Source: a bacterium (GTDB taxonomy: Bacteria > UBA8248). From it: a DNA stretch of 64,000 nucleotides. The stretch spans positions 292,168 to 356,167 of the forward strand of contig CBDBZY010000003.1 in assembly GCA_965213685.1 (NCBI GenBank). The letters are read 5' to 3'. Each line of letters begins with the position of its first letter. Position 1 is the first letter of the stretch. Both the position numbers and the translations under genes were made by a program. Positions 1 through 11,187 of the stretch are shown piece after piece. A model generated the notes under the pieces. It did no database searches. It was not told the DNA's origin and saw only the letters and a program-made list of their open reading frames with translations.

Positions 1-1
1 C

Positions 2-569
2 CCGATCTACCTCTCGTGGAAGGCGCGGCAGATGGGGTTTGAGGCGGAGTTCATCGAGTTGGCCGACAAGGTGAACAGTTCGATGCCGCCGTTCGTCGTG
101 GAACTCGTCGTCAACGCCCTGAACGAGAGGGGCCAGGCGCTGAAGGGGGCCAGAATCCTGCTGGTGGGGGTGACCTACAAGGCGGACGTGAACGATCTGC
201 GGGAGAGGCCCCGCCCTGGGACGTCTGGTTTCATCTGGCCCGCAACGGAGCGGTCGTCCTCGTATTCGGACCCCTACGTGCCGGAGATCGACATCCATCC
301 GATACGGGCGCTCTCTCAGCCCATCAGCGCAGCCTCGCTCCGGGAGTATGACTGCGTGGGTCGTGCTGGCGAACCACAGGGCGGCTGGACAGAAGAGCAT
401 TCACGAGAACGCGCGCTGCATCGTGGACACCCGGAACGCTTTTGCGGATTTTGCGCAAAACGGCCGCCTGTACAGACTGGGATGCGGCATTGCGATGGCG
501 GACGGACGCGCGGGGGGGGGGGGGGGGGGGGGCGTTTTCCCCGCTCCCGGAAAATTCCGCCGGGGGTAG
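2..569 (+). CDS. Nucleotide-sugar (UDP-GlcNAc/UDP-glucose family) dehydrogenase, C-terminal part, 5'-truncated, apparent frameshifts
   Basis: PIYLSWKAR..EFIELA..VN..MP, GVTYKADVNDLRE, YSDPYVP and IVDTRN motifs spread over several frames; 3' end uncertain (poly-G run). Confidence 0.8.
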
Positions 570-599
570 TTGACATCCCCTGACCAAATGGGGTTTTAT
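570..599 (+). promoter_or_regulatory. Candidate sigma70 promoter for rplM-rpsI
   Basis: Perfect TTGACA at 570-575; weak -10 (TTTTAT) at 594-599. Confidence 0.35.
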
Positions 600-678
600 G
601 CGCGTTCCCGTCCTCCCTCGGGAAGACGGCTCGTCACCCGCAAAGCGGGTGTGGCCCACAAATCGGGAAGAGAGTCTG

Positions 679-1132
679 ATGAGAATGTACGCAAGGACGC
701 CCACCCCTCACGAAAGAGCGGGCGAACGCCCAGCGCGGCTGGGTGCTGGTGGACGCCAGGGATTCAAACCCTGGGCGTCTCTCCACGCGCGTGGCGACGC
801 TGTTGCGCGGAAAAACACAAGCCGGACTGGACGCCGCACGTCGGACAACGGGGAGTACGTCGTCGTCGTCAACGCGGAGCGCGTCATACTCACGGGCCGC
901 AAATTGTCGGAAAAAAAGTATTACCGCCATTCCGGCTATCCCGGACACCTCAAGGAGGTGACGGCGGCCCGCATGCCTGGAGACGCATCCCGAGCGCGTG
1001 ATACAACATGCCGTGCGGGGCATGCTGCCCAAAAGCAAGCTGGGGCGCTCCCTGCTGCGAAAACTGAAGGTATATGCGGGCGAGAATCATCCGCATCAGG
1101 CGCAAACCCCCGAAGCGATTCGGCTCGACTGA
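679..1132 (+). CDS. rplM: 50S ribosomal protein L13 (apparent frameshifts, probably sequencing errors)
   Basis: [64 protein letters not shown] motifs across frames; upstream of rpsI. Confidence 0.93.
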
Positions 1133-1158
1133 AACTCCGAGAGGCTCTGAACGCGAAC

Positions 1159-1560
1159 ATGGCCACCATACCGAAGCACTACGCCACAGGAAAACGAAAG
1201 ACCTCCGTCGCGCGCGTCTGGATAGAGCCGGGCGACGGGAGAATTCTGGTCAACAACACCCCGGCGAACGAGGTATTTCCTCCGCGGACACCTCGCTCAT
1301 GGTGATCAAGCAGCCCTTCGACCTCACCGGGACCTGGGGGGGCTATGACGTGCGGGCCACCGTCAGGGGCGGAGGCCTCACCGGCCAGGCGGGCGCCGTT
1401 CGCCACGGCATCTCGAAAGCCCTCCTGGGCGTGGACCCCCGCGTTTCGGTCCATTCTGAAAAAGGGCGGGGCCTCATCACGCGCGACTCCCGCGTCAAGG
1501 AGCGCAAGAAGTACGGCCTCAAGGGGCGCGCGCAAGAGCTTCCAGTTCTCCAAACGCTGA
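1159..1560 (+). CDS. rpsI: 30S ribosomal protein S9 (apparent frameshifts)
   Basis: [47 protein letters not shown] and C-terminal [10 protein letters not shown]. Confidence 0.95.
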
Positions 1561-1578
1561 TCCATCCGGCAGCCGTTC

Positions 1579-1609
1579 GGGGGCTGGCTTTCGCCGGCCC
1601 CCCTTTTTT
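1579..1609 (+). terminator. Rho-independent terminator after rpsI
   Basis: GGGGGCTGGC-TTTC-GCCGGCCCCC stem-loop followed by T6. Confidence 0.8.
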
Positions 1610-1701
1610 GTGCGAAAAAATGGATTGTGGTAGATATTCGTTGTCCTCAAAGCGTGCGGGGGGGTGCGCGGCCGGGGAAACGCGCCGGGGGAGAGGGAGA
1701 C

Positions 1702-2746
1702 ATGCCGAGAATCGCCGTGGTGGGCGCCACCGGATATACGGGATTCGAGCTGTTGCGGCTTCTCGGTTCGCACGGCGGGGTGGACGTCACGGCCCTGACG
1801 TCCGAGACCTACGCCGGCAAGAGGGTGGAGCAGGTGTTTCCCGCCCTCGCCTCCGTGACGGACGGCACGCTCGAGAGGTTCTCCCCCTGCCGTCTGCGAG
1901 GGGGGCGGACCTCGTGTTCTGCTGCCTGCCCCACCGGGTGGCGATGAACACCGTGCCCGCGCTGCTGGAGGCCCGGGCACCGGGTGGTGGATTTCTCCGC
2001 CGATTATCGCCTGCGGGATGTCGGTGCGTATGAAGCCTGGTACAAGACGCAACACGCCTCGCCCGGAGCGGATTCCGGACGCCGTCTACGGGATGCCCGA
2101 GCTCTATCGCGGGAGGATTCGGCGGGCGCGCCTCGTCGCCAACCCCGGGTGCTATCCCACGGGGGCGATTCTGGCGCTCGTCCCGCTTTTGCGGGCGGGA
2201 CTCATCCGGCGGGAAACCATCATCGTGGACGCGAAGTCGGGCGTTTCGGGGGGCGGGGAGAAAGGCGGACCTCGCCCTGCAGTTCAGCGAGGTGAACGAG
2301 GGTTTCAAGGCCTATGGCGTGGGGAATCACCGCCACACGCCGGAGATCGAGCAGGGAGCTGTCCGCCGCGGTCGGGGAGGACGTGCGCGTTTCGTTCACG
2401 CCCCACCTCGCGCCCATGACCCGGGGCATTCTCTCGACCATCTACGCCGGGAGCGAGGGGGCCGCCGGCGCCCATGCCGCCTGGGCGGTGCTGCGGGACG
2501 CCTACGCGGATGAGCCGTTCATTCGCCTGATGCCGGGCGGCGCGCTCCCCAACGTGACGCAGGTGGCCGGCTCGAACTATCTGGACATCGGCCTGGTGCA
2601 TGACGAGCGCACGGCGCGCTTCGTCATTGTGGCGGCGATAGACAATCTGGTAAAAGGCGCATCAGGGGCTGCGGTGCAGAACATGAACCTGATGCTGGGG
2701 CTTCCCGAGGACGCAGGGGGCTCCTTCACCCGGGTTTTGGATGTGA
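1702..2746 (+). CDS. argC: N-acetyl-gamma-glutamyl-phosphate reductase (apparent frameshifts)
   Basis: [58 protein letters not shown] motifs across frames. Confidence 0.93.
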
Positions 2747-3962
2747 GCGGGCAGGAATGCATCACGACGACGGGCGGCGGCATTTGCGCGGCGAGAGGCG
2801 TGCGCGCAGCCGCACTGGCGGCGGGCATCAAGGCGTCGGGCAAGCCGGATATGGTGCTGCTCGCCTTTGACCCCCCGGCCGCCGCCGCCGGCGTCTATAC
2901 CCGGAACAAGGTGTGCGCCGCTCCGGTCGCCCTGTGCAGGGAGCGCATCGGAAGGGCGCCCCTGCGCGCGTTTCTCGTCAACAGCGGCAACGCGAACGCC
3001 TGCACGGGCCGGCAGGGCTATGCGGACGCCCGTGGGCCTGTGCGGAGCGGTGGCGGACGCGCTGGACTGCCCGGAGGAGCAGGTCGCCATGTCCTCGACG
3101 GGGATCATCGGCGCTCCGCTCCCGGTGGGACGCCATGGAGGCGCGGATTGCGGGTCTGGTTTCCGGCCTCTCCGCCGGGGGCGGCCGCGAGGCGGCGGTG
3201 GGCATCATGACGACGGACACGCGCCCCAAGGAGTGCGCCGTTCGGGTGAGCGATCCCGCCGGGGGCGTACGCCATAGGCGGCATCGCCAAGGGCGCCGGC
3301 ATGATCGCCCCCGACATGGCGGACCATGCTCGCCTACGTCGCCACCGACGCGGCCGTTCCGCAGGCCAGCCTGCAGGCCGCCCTGCGCGCCGTCGTGCGC
3401 AAGACGTTCAACTGCGTGACGATTGATGGCGACACCTCGACGAACGACACGGTGATTCTGGCCGCGACGGGCGCCTCCGGCGTGGCGCTCGCCTCGGCGG
3501 AGTCCCTCGAGCGGTTCGAGGCCGGTCTCTACAGGCTGTGTCGGGAGCTTGCCCTGGCCATCGTCCGCGACGGCGAGGGGGGTGAACAAGGTGGTGGAGG
3601 TGAAAATCACGGGCGCCGCCAGCGAGGAGCAGGCGCGCCTGGCCGCGCGGTCGGTCTCCCAGAGCCTGCTGGTGAAAACGGCGATTCACGGCGAGATGCC
3701 CAACTGGGGGCGGATGTTCGCGGCGGCGGGCTACAGCGGCGCGGACGTGGCGCCCGAAAACATGTCGCTGCGGATAGAGGACGTGCAGGTGATGCGCGGC
3801 GGCGCGCCCGTCCCTGGCTGGGCAGACGCGCTGGCCCCGGTGCTCAAGCGGCCCGAATACGGCCTCGCGCTGTGCCTGGGGGTCGGGGAGGCGGAGGCCG
3901 TTTTCTGGACGACGGACCTGAGCGCCGAATACGTTCGCTTCAACGCGGACTACAAGACCTGA
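2743..3962 (+). CDS. argJ: Bifunctional glutamate N-acetyltransferase/ornithine acetyltransferase (apparent frameshifts)
   Basis: VNSGNANACTG, GIMTTDT, AKGAGMIAPDMA, DGDTSTND, IVRDGEG, NWGR, TDLSAEYVRFNADY. Confidence 0.93.
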
Positions 3963-4161
3963 GGGGCGCGTTGGCCTCAGAGGTTTGAACCATCTCCGTC
4001 GTTGTGAGACATTTCATGCGCCGGACGGTGGCGGACGCCGGGGCGGCGGATCCGGCCGGCGGCTCACTCAAGCAAAATCAAATATTTGAAAATTCGGCCT
4101 CATCCGCCCGGAGGCTGGCAGGGCCCCCCTCGATGAAAGGCGGGGCAGGAGGAGCGTCCCG

Positions 4162-4962
4162 ATGAACCCCATCACATTGCGCCAGTTGCTGGAGTCCGGC
4201 GCCCATTTCGGGCACCAGACCACCCGATGGAACCCCAAGATGCGCCCCTATATCTTCGGTGCGCGCAACGGGATTTACATCATCGACCTGCAAAAGACCC
4301 TGCGGCTGTTCAACGCCGCGCGCGAGGTGATTCGCGACATCGCGGCCAAGGGCGGCAAGGTGCTCTTCGTGGGAACGAAGCAGCAGGCCCAGGAGATCGT
4401 CGCGGAGGAGGCCCGAAGGGTGGGGATGCCCTACGTCACCCAGCGCTGGCTCGGCGGCACGCTCACCAACTTCTCCACCATCAAGAACTCCATCGCGCGC
4501 CTCCTCGACCTGGAGACCATGAAGAACGACGGCACCTTCGATCTTCTGGCGAAGAAGGAGGCCGTCAGGCGGGAGAAGAACATGGCGCGGCTCGAGAAGT
4601 TTCTGGGCGGCATCAAGCACATGGATCAGCTGCCGCAGGCCATGTTCGTCATCGATACGGGCCATGAGTACAACGCCATCCGCGAGGCCAGGAAGCTGGG
4701 CATCCCCGTCATCGCCGTGGTGGACACGAATTCGGACCCCGACGGGGTGGACCACCTCCTGCCGGGCAATGACGACGCCCTGCGATCCATTCGCTTCTTC
4801 GTCTCCCGGGTGGCGGAGGCCGTCGCCGAGGGCGTCACCGCGCGCGAGGAAACGGGAGCCGAGGATGTCGAGGCCGTCGTCGCGTCCGGCGATGCGGTCG
4901 CGGTGGAGATGATGGCGGCGGCCGCCGCGACGGGGGAGGGGAAGGCGGCGCGGGGAGGATAA
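4162..4962 (+). CDS. rpsB: 30S ribosomal protein S2
   Basis: [32 protein letters not shown]. Confidence 0.98.
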   Translation: MNPITLRQLLESGAHFGHQTTRWNPKMRPYIFGARNGIYIIDLQKTLRLFNAAREVIRDIAAKGGKVLFVGTKQQAQEIVAEEARRVGMPYVTQRWLGGTLTNFSTIKNSIARLLDLETMKNDGTFDLLAKKEAVRREKNMARLEKFLGGIKHMDQLPQAMFVIDTGHEYNAIREARKLGIPVIAVVDTNSDPDGVDHLLPGNDDALRSIRFFVSRVAEAVAEGVTAREETGAEDVEAVVASGDAVAVEMMAAAAATGEGKAARGG

Positions 4963-5012
4963 CCATTACTTTTTTGGGCGACAGCCGGATTTCACGGGGA
5001 GAGGATCAGGGG

Positions 5013-5882
5013 ATGGAAGTGACCGCGCAGATGGTCAAAGAGCTGCGAACCCGCACCGGTGCGGGCATCATGGATTGCAAGGAAGCCCTCCGGGAGAACG
5101 CGGGCGATTTTGAGGAGGCGGCGCGCTATTTGCGGGAGAAGGGGCTTTCCAGCGCCGCCAAGAAGGCGGGGCGCGCGGCGAGCGAGGGCCAGGTGTACGC
5201 CTCTCTCGGGGAGGATGGCCGCACGGGCGCCATCGTCGAGGTGAACTGCGAGACCGACTTCGTGGCCCGCACGGAGGATTTCCAGGCGCTCCTGGAGAGC
5301 GTCGCGGCCCACGTCAGGGAGGAGGGCGGGGAGAACCTGGCCGAAGCGCTCCGGGAGGGGGTGACGGAGGCCATCGCCAGACTCGGCGAGAACATCGTCG
5401 TCGCCCGCGGGGAGCGCCTCTCGCTGGGCGATGGCGACTCCGGCAGGGTGGCCTCCTACATCCACCCGGGCGGGCGGGTCGGCGTCCTGCTGGACTTGCG
5501 GTGCGAGACGGCGCGGCAGGCGGGCGATTCCGCCTTTGCGGAAACCGCGCGCGATTTGACGATGCACATCGCGGCGAGTAGCCCCCAGTTCCTCTCCGAG
5601 GAGCAGATACCCGAGACGGTTCTCCAGGGCGAGCGCGAGATTCTTCTCGCCCAGCAGAAAGATTCCGGAAAGCCCGTGAACATCCTGGAGCGAATCGTCG
5701 AGGGGCGCATCAAGAAGTACAAAAAAGAGATTTGCCTGCTCGAGCAGCCGTTCGTCAAGGACACCGACAGGACGGTCCGGGAGTATCTGAAGGACAGGAG
5801 TGCGGAGGCGGGCGGGGAGATTCGGGTTTCCTCCTGGGCGCGCTTCCAGCTCGGCGACCTTTCCGGGCGGGATGCGGGGTAG
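5013..5882 (+). CDS. tsf: Elongation factor Ts
   Basis: VKELRTRTGAGIMDCKEAL, EVNCETDFVA, LLEQPFVKD. Confidence 0.98.
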   Translation: MEVTAQMVKELRTRTGAGIMDCKEALRENAGDFEEAARYLREKGLSSAAKKAGRAASEGQVYASLGEDGRTGAIVEVNCETDFVARTEDFQALLESVAAHVREEGGENLAEALREGVTEAIARLGENIVVARGERLSLGDGDSGRVASYIHPGGRVGVLLDLRCETARQAGDSAFAETARDLTMHIAASSPQFLSEEQIPETVLQGEREILLAQQKDSGKPVNILERIVEGRIKKYKKEICLLEQPFVKDTDRTVREYLKDRSAEAGGEIRVSSWARFQLGDLSGRDAG

Positions 5883-5945
5883 CGGCCTTCTGGCGATTCT
5901 TTCGCGCCGCCCTTTGTCGCGGCGTGAAATTTCCGGAGATCTTCC

Positions 5946-6668
5946 ATGAGCGGCAACCTGCGATTCAAGAGAATCTTGCTCAAACTCTCGGGCGAGGCGC
6001 TGGGGGGAGGCCTCCGGTACGGCATCGACCACAACGTGGTGGACGACATCGCGCAGGAGATCAAAGAGGTGCATGCGATGGGCGTGGAGGTCGCCATCGT
6101 CGTGGGCGGCGGGAACATCTTCCGGGGGGCGGCGGCGGCCGCTGCGGGCATGGAGCGCACCAACGCCGATTACATGGGAATGCTCGGCACCGTCATCAAC
6201 GCCCTGGCGCTTCAGCATGCGCTCGAGAAGGCGAGCCTCGTCACCCGCGTCCAGAGCGCCATCCATATGGCCGAGTTGTGCGAGCCCTATATCCGAAGGC
6301 GCGCGGTGCGGCACATGGAAAAGAACCGGGTGGTCATTTTCGCCGGCGGCACCGGGAATCCCTACTTCACGACGGACACCACCGCGAGCCTCCGGGCCAT
6401 CGAGGTGGGCGCCGAGTGCATACTCAAGGCAACGAACGTGGACGGCGTTTTCTCCGCCGACCCCAAGGAGGACGATACGGCCGAGTTCATCGACGAGTTG
6501 ACCTATATCGAGGTGCTGAATCGCCAGCTCGCCGTCATGGACACGACCGCCGTCAGCCTGTGCATGGACAACGGCCTGCCCATCATCGTTTTCAACCTTC
6601 TCGAACCCGGCAACATTCGCCGCGTCGTGGAGGGAGAGCAGGTGGGGACTTTGGTGAAGTCCTCCTAG
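5946..6668 (+). CDS. pyrH: UMP kinase
   Basis: [29 protein letters not shown]. Confidence 0.98.
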   Translation: MSGNLRFKRILLKLSGEALGGGLRYGIDHNVVDDIAQEIKEVHAMGVEVAIVVGGGNIFRGAAAAAAGMERTNADYMGMLGTVINALALQHALEKASLVTRVQSAIHMAELCEPYIRRRAVRHMEKNRVVIFAGGTGNPYFTTDTTASLRAIEVGAECILKATNVDGVFSADPKEDDTAEFIDELTYIEVLNRQLAVMDTTAVSLCMDNGLPIIVFNLLEPGNIRRVVEGEQVGTLVKSS

Positions 6669-6786
6669 GTTCGGCGCGGCGTCCGCCGAAAGAAGCGACG
6701 GAGGGGGGGAGCTTGTGGGCGGGGGCCGCCGGGAGCGGGACGGCGGGCGTCTTTGTTGGGTTTTTCGCATTGGGGGGATATGGGCG

Positions 6787-7341
6787 ATGGACGAGGTTAT
6801 CGCCGCGTTGAGGAAGAGGATGCAGGCCACGGTGGAATCGTATAAATCCGAAGCCGCCCGCGTGCGCACCGGGCGCGCGTCCACGAACCTCGTCAGCGGC
6901 GTGATGGTCAACTACTACGGGGCGGCCACGCCGCTCAACCAGCTGGCCACACTGAGCGTGCCGGAGCCCCAGCTCATCATCGTCCAGCCCTTCGACATGA
7001 ATTCGCTGGGCGACATTGAGAAGGCGATCCAGTCGGCGGACCTGGGGCTGAATCCCGCGAATGATGGCAAGATCATCCGCGTGCCGGTGCCGGCGCTCAC
7101 CGGGGAGCGTCGCAAGGAGCTGGTGAAGCTGCTTCGGAAGACGACGGAGGAGCACAAGGTCGCGTTGCGCAACATCCGGCGCGACGGCAACGACGGCCTC
7201 AAGCACCTGGAGAAGAAAAAAGAGATTACCGAGGACGACGTCCGGCGCGGGCAGGGGGATGTCCAGAAGCTGACGGATCGGTTCGTCTCCGAACTGGACG
7301 GCTTGCTTTCCGCCAAGGAGAAAGAGATTCTTGAGGTCTAG
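6787..7341 (+). CDS. frr: Ribosome recycling factor
   Basis: RTGRAS, YYG..TPLNQLA, LGLNPANDG, LT.ERRKELVK, KEKEILEV. Confidence 0.97.
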   Translation: MDEVIAALRKRMQATVESYKSEAARVRTGRASTNLVSGVMVNYYGAATPLNQLATLSVPEPQLIIVQPFDMNSLGDIEKAIQSADLGLNPANDGKIIRVPVPALTGERRKELVKLLRKTTEEHKVALRNIRRDGNDGLKHLEKKKEITEDDVRRGQGDVQKLTDRFVSELDGLLSAKEKEILEV

Positions 7342-7360
7342 TCTGTCCACCGGAGGGCGC

Positions 7361-8119
7361 ATGGAACCTCTCATCGACCCGCGCATCGATCTCGAACGGA
7401 TCCCCCGCCACATCGGGGTCATCATGGACGGGAACGGCCGCTGGGCGCAAAAGCGTTTTCTTCCCCGGGTCGCCGGCCACCGCGCGGGCGTGAAATCCGT
7501 CGACAAGGTGGTGGCCCATGCGCGCCGCATCGGCGTCGGCGCCCTCACGCTCTACAGCTTCTCTCTCGAGAACTGGAACCGGCCCAAGGGCGAGGTGGAC
7601 GCGCTCATGGACATCCTGGCCGAGTATCTCGAGCGCGAGCTTCCGCGAATGCTCCGGGAGGGGATCCGCTTCAACACCATCGGGCATGACGGGGATTTGC
7701 CCCGCTTCGCGCGGGAGAGCATCCGCCGCGTCAAGGAGCGGACCGCCGACCAGGAGGGGATGGTGCTGACCCTGGCGCTGAGCTACGGCGCGCGCCGGGA
7801 GATCACCGACGCCGCGCGGTCCATATCCCGGGAAGTGCAGATGGGGATTCTGCAGCCTGAGGAAATCGACGAGAGCGACGTGGAGCGGCACCTGTACACG
7901 GCGGATTTGCCCCGGCTCGACCTGTTGATTCGCACCAGCGGCGAACTCAGGCTTTCCAATTACCTTCTCTGGCAGGCGGCCTACGCGGAGCTGTATTTCA
8001 CGGACGTGAAATGGCCGGAATTCGGGGAACGCGAACTCGAAGGCGCCATTCTCGCCTACCAGTCCCGGGTGCGGAAGTTTGGTCTTACCGAGGAGCAGCT
8101 CACGACCCGGGGAAACTAG
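7361..8119 (+). CDS. uppS: Undecaprenyl diphosphate synthase
   Basis: PRHIGVIMDGNGRWA, FSLENWNRP, DLLIRTSGELRLSNYLLWQ. Confidence 0.98.
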   Translation: MEPLIDPRIDLERIPRHIGVIMDGNGRWAQKRFLPRVAGHRAGVKSVDKVVAHARRIGVGALTLYSFSLENWNRPKGEVDALMDILAEYLERELPRMLREGIRFNTIGHDGDLPRFARESIRRVKERTADQEGMVLTLALSYGARREITDAARSISREVQMGILQPEEIDESDVERHLYTADLPRLDLLIRTSGELRLSNYLLWQAAYAELYFTDVKWPEFGERELEGAILAYQSRVRKFGLTEEQLTTRGN

Positions 8120-8122
8120 GTC

Positions 8123-8935
8123 TTGACCCGTTTCATCAGCGCCCTGGCGCTCGCGGCGCCCATCCTCGGCATCCTGTTTTTCGCCCCCCTCCCCGCTTTT
8201 TCCTGCGTGGTCATCCTCCTCGTCTTGCGCGCGGGTTGGGAGTTTCAGGCGCTGCTCCATCTTTGCGGGTGGCGCGCCGGCGCGTGGGAGGGGGTGCTGG
8301 ATGCGCCCGCCTTCGCGCTGGCCGTGTGGGTGGGCGGCGTTTGGCCGGGCCTGGTGCTGGCGCTCGTTTTCCTGCGCCTCCTCGCCAAGACGCTCTCCGG
8401 CCAGGCCACCCGGAGGGGCTTCGCCCTGGCCGGCGCCTCTCTCCTCGGCGTGGCGTGGGTGGGCGGTGCCGGCGGGCTCCTCGTGCTTACCCGGACTTTG
8501 CCGGGCGGGCGGGCAGCCGTCTTCTTTCTGCTCGTCGTCGTCTGGACGAACGACATCGCGGCGATGTTCACCGGCAAGACGCTGGGGCGCAGAAAACTCG
8601 CGCCGAGAATCAGCCCCGGAAAAACGGTGGAGGGGGCGATCGGGGGAATTCTGGCCGGTGCTCTCGCGGGCGTCGTCGCGGCGGCGTATGCGGAGGTCCC
8701 GGGCGTCGGTCCGTGGCTCGCCGCTCCCGTGGCGGGGTGCCTGGGGCTGTTCGCGCTGCTGGGGGATTTGGGGGAATCGACCCTGAAGCGCGCGGCCGGG
8801 CGAAAGGACGCATCCGCCATCATCCCCGGTCACGGGGGGCTGCTCGACAGAATCGACGGTTTGCTCATGGCGAGCCCCGCATTCTACTATTTTCTGTATT
8901 CCATGACGTCCTGGTCCACCATCCATAGCGGGTGA
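8123..8935 (+). CDS. cdsA: Phosphatidate cytidylyltransferase
   Basis: Hydrophobic; ISPGKTVEG, GDLGES.LKR..G.KD...IIPGHGGLLDRID. Confidence 0.96.
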   Translation: MTRFISALALAAPILGILFFAPLPAFSCVVILLVLRAGWEFQALLHLCGWRAGAWEGVLDAPAFALAVWVGGVWPGLVLALVFLRLLAKTLSGQATRRGFALAGASLLGVAWVGGAGGLLVLTRTLPGGRAAVFFLLVVVWTNDIAAMFTGKTLGRRKLAPRISPGKTVEGAIGGILAGALAGVVAAAYAEVPGVGPWLAAPVAGCLGLFALLGDLGESTLKRAAGRKDASAIIPGHGGLLDRIDGLLMASPAFYYFLYSMTSWSTIHSG

Positions 8936-8943
8936 GACGCACC

Positions 8944-10125
8944 ATGAAGCGGCGAAAGATGGCCATATTGGGTTCCACGGGCAGCATCGGGGAAAACACC
9001 CTGAGCGTCGCCGCGCAATTTCCCGAGAAAATCGACGTGGTGGCGCTCGCCGCCGGAAGAAACGCGGGTCGGCTCCTGGAGCAGGCGCGGCGGTTTCGGC
9101 CCGAGGTGCTGTCCCTCGCCGATCCGGGCGACGCCGCGCGGGTCCAGGACGCCCTCCCGCCCGGAATCCGGGTGCTCTCGGGGGAGGAGGGCTTGCGCGA
9201 GGTGGCCGCGGGAGCGGGGGCGGACCTCGTGGTTTCCGCCCTGGTGGGCGCGGCGGGCCTGGCGCCGACGCTGGCCGCCATCGAGACGGGCGCCTCGATA
9301 GCGCTCGCGAACAAGGAGGTGCTCGTCATGGCCGGGGAGATCGTCACCTCGCGCGCCCTGGCCCGGGGAGGCGAACTGCTCCCCGTAGACAGCGAGCATG
9401 CGGGCGTGGCGCAGGCGATGGCGGACAGGCCGCAGAGCCAGCTGGCGCGCGTCATCCTCACCGCCTCGGGCGGCCCCTTTCGGAACCATTCCGTCGAGGC
9501 GATGCGCGAGGCGTCTCCCCGGGAGGCGTTGAACCACCCGAACTGGAAGATGGGCCCCAAGATCACGATCGATTCCGCGTCGATGATGAACAAGGGGCTG
9601 GAGATCATCGAGGCGCGCTGGCTCTTCGGGCTGCGGCCCGAGCAGGTCGACGTGCTGGTGCACCCGCAGAGCATCGTGCACGCCCTGGTGGAATTTGTGG
9701 ACAGGAGCGTCGTGGCGCAAATGAGCGTGCCCGACATGCGGATTCCCATCGCGCAGGCCGTCTTCTCTCCCGAGAGGCTGGCCGTCGACGCGCCGAGGCT
9801 GGACCTGGCGCAAGTCGGCTCCCTGACGTTCGAGAGCCCGGACCCCGAGCAGTTTCCCTGTCTCGCCCACGCGAAGGCCGCGATGCGCGCGGGAGGGACG
9901 GCGCCCGCCGTCCTCAACGCGGCGAACGAGGTGGCCGTCGCCTCGTTTTTGGCCGGCGCGTCGAAATTCATGGACATCCCCGGCGTGGTCGGCGCCGCCC
10001 TGGACGCGCACGAGAGGATGGAGGCGGATGCGCTGGAGGCCGTCCTGGAGGCGGATCGCTGGGCGCGGGGGTATGCCGCCGCCCGTCTGGGCGGAGCTGC
10101 CGCCGTCGCCAAGTCGAATCCGTGA
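8944..10125 (+). CDS. dxr: 1-deoxy-D-xylulose-5-phosphate reductoisomerase
   Basis: ILGSTGSIG, LANKE, PVDSEH, LTASGGPFR, HPNWKMGPKITIDSA. Confidence 0.98.
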   Translation: MKRRKMAILGSTGSIGENTLSVAAQFPEKIDVVALAAGRNAGRLLEQARRFRPEVLSLADPGDAARVQDALPPGIRVLSGEEGLREVAAGAGADLVVSALVGAAGLAPTLAAIETGASIALANKEVLVMAGEIVTSRALARGGELLPVDSEHAGVAQAMADRPQSQLARVILTASGGPFRNHSVEAMREASPREALNHPNWKMGPKITIDSASMMNKGLEIIEARWLFGLRPEQVDVLVHPQSIVHALVEFVDRSVVAQMSVPDMRIPIAQAVFSPERLAVDAPRLDLAQVGSLTFESPDPEQFPCLAHAKAAMRAGGTAPAVLNAANEVAVASFLAGASKFMDIPGVVGAALDAHERMEADALEAVLEADRWARGYAAARLGGAAAVAKSNP

Positions 10126-10589
10126 AGGGCGGCGCGGGCGGGGAGCTGCCGCGACTCGTCGCCACGCTCGGCGGGATCGGGAGGGCGCCCCTCGCACCGG
10201 GCACGGCGGCCTCCCTGCTCGCCGTGGCGGCGTATTGCGCCCTCTGGGGGATGGGCCGCCACCTCCCCGCCCTGTTTGTGCTCCTCCTGGCGCCGCTTGC
10301 CGTGTGGGCGTCCGGAAGGTATGAGGCCGCCGCGCACCGGCGGGACCCGCCGGAGATCGTCGTGGACGAATGGGTGGGCCAGTTCGTCTGCCTCCTTGGT
10401 ACCGAGCCGACGCCGGGCGCCCTGGCGGCCGGCTTTTTCCTGTTTCGGGTGCTGGACGTCATCAAGCCGCCGCCGCTTCGCCGTCTCGAGAGGCTGCCGG
10501 GCGGGGTGGGCGTCGTGGCGGACGACGTCGGCGCCGGCGTCCTAGGCTGGGCGGTGCTGCGCGGCCTGTCGCATTTCGGCGTCGTCTGA
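10122..10589 (+). CDS. pgpA: Phosphatidylglycerophosphatase A
   Basis: APGTAASL, DPPEIVVDEWVG, FRVLDVIKP, GVVADDVGAG. Confidence 0.95.
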   Translation: MKGGAGGELPRLVATLGGIGRAPLAPGTAASLLAVAAYCALWGMGRHLPALFVLLLAPLAVWASGRYEAAAHRRDPPEIVVDEWVGQFVCLLGTEPTPGALAAGFFLFRVLDVIKPPPLRRLERLPGGVGVVADDVGAGVLGWAVLRGLSHFGVV

Positions 10590-10610
10590 TTTTCCGGGAG
10601 GCGGAGAGGG

Positions 10611-11102
10611 ATGGCGGAATCTTTGGAGGAGCAGGTCGGAGCGCACCTGGGGGACAGGGGCTGGCGCATCGCTACGGCGGAGAGCTGCACGGGCGGACTC
10701 ATAGCCAGCCGCATCACCGATGTCTCGGGCAGCTCCGCCTATTTCGAGCAGGGCTTCATCACCTACAGCAACGAGGCGAAAATGGCGCTTCTGGGCGTGC
10801 CGCCGGAGATCGTGGCGACCGAGGGGGGGCCGGGTGCGGTGAGTGCGGCCTGCGCGCGCGCGATGGCCGAGGGCGTTCGCAGGGCGTCGGGGAGCGAGGT
10901 CGGCCTCTCCGTCACCGGCATCGCCGGCCCTTCGGGCGGAAGCCCCGAGAAGCCGGTGGGCACGGTGTACATGGCCGTCGCCCTGCCCGCGGGCGTCGCC
11001 TGCCGGCGCCACCTGTTCCATGGCTCCCGCCTGGAGGTGAAGGCCCAGGCGGTGCGGGCCGCACTCGAGATGGCCCGCGACGCCCTGGAGGCGTCCGACT
11101 GA
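10611..11102 (+). CDS. cinA: CinA C-terminal domain protein (NMN deamidase, PncC-like), stand-alone
   Basis: AESCTGG, SGSSAYF, YSNEAK, TGIAGPSGG..EKPVG. Confidence 0.9.
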   Translation: MAESLEEQVGAHLGDRGWRIATAESCTGGLIASRITDVSGSSAYFEQGFITYSNEAKMALLGVPPEIVATEGGPGAVSAACARAMAEGVRRASGSEVGLSVTGIAGPSGGSPEKPVGTVYMAVALPAGVACRRHLFHGSRLEVKAQAVRAALEMARDALEASD

Positions 11103-11187
11103 GATTTTCCCGAAAGCGCGCGGGTGCGATGGCGGGGGCTTTCTCATGCCCCCGAAAGCGTCCGTCCGATGGGAAGGAGGGCAGCCT

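Noticed and set aside
512-532. Run of 21 G as a phase-variation tract or G-quadruplex
   Set aside because: It lies in the error-rich segment, so the homopolymer length cannot be trusted without reads.
1-3600. Many frameshifts in the sugar dehydrogenase, rplM, rpsI, argC and argJ suggesting pseudogenes or programmed frameshifting
   Set aside because: They hit essential ribosomal genes, mostly fall in short homopolymers and vanish after ~3.6 kb, which is typical of a low-coverage long-read consensus.
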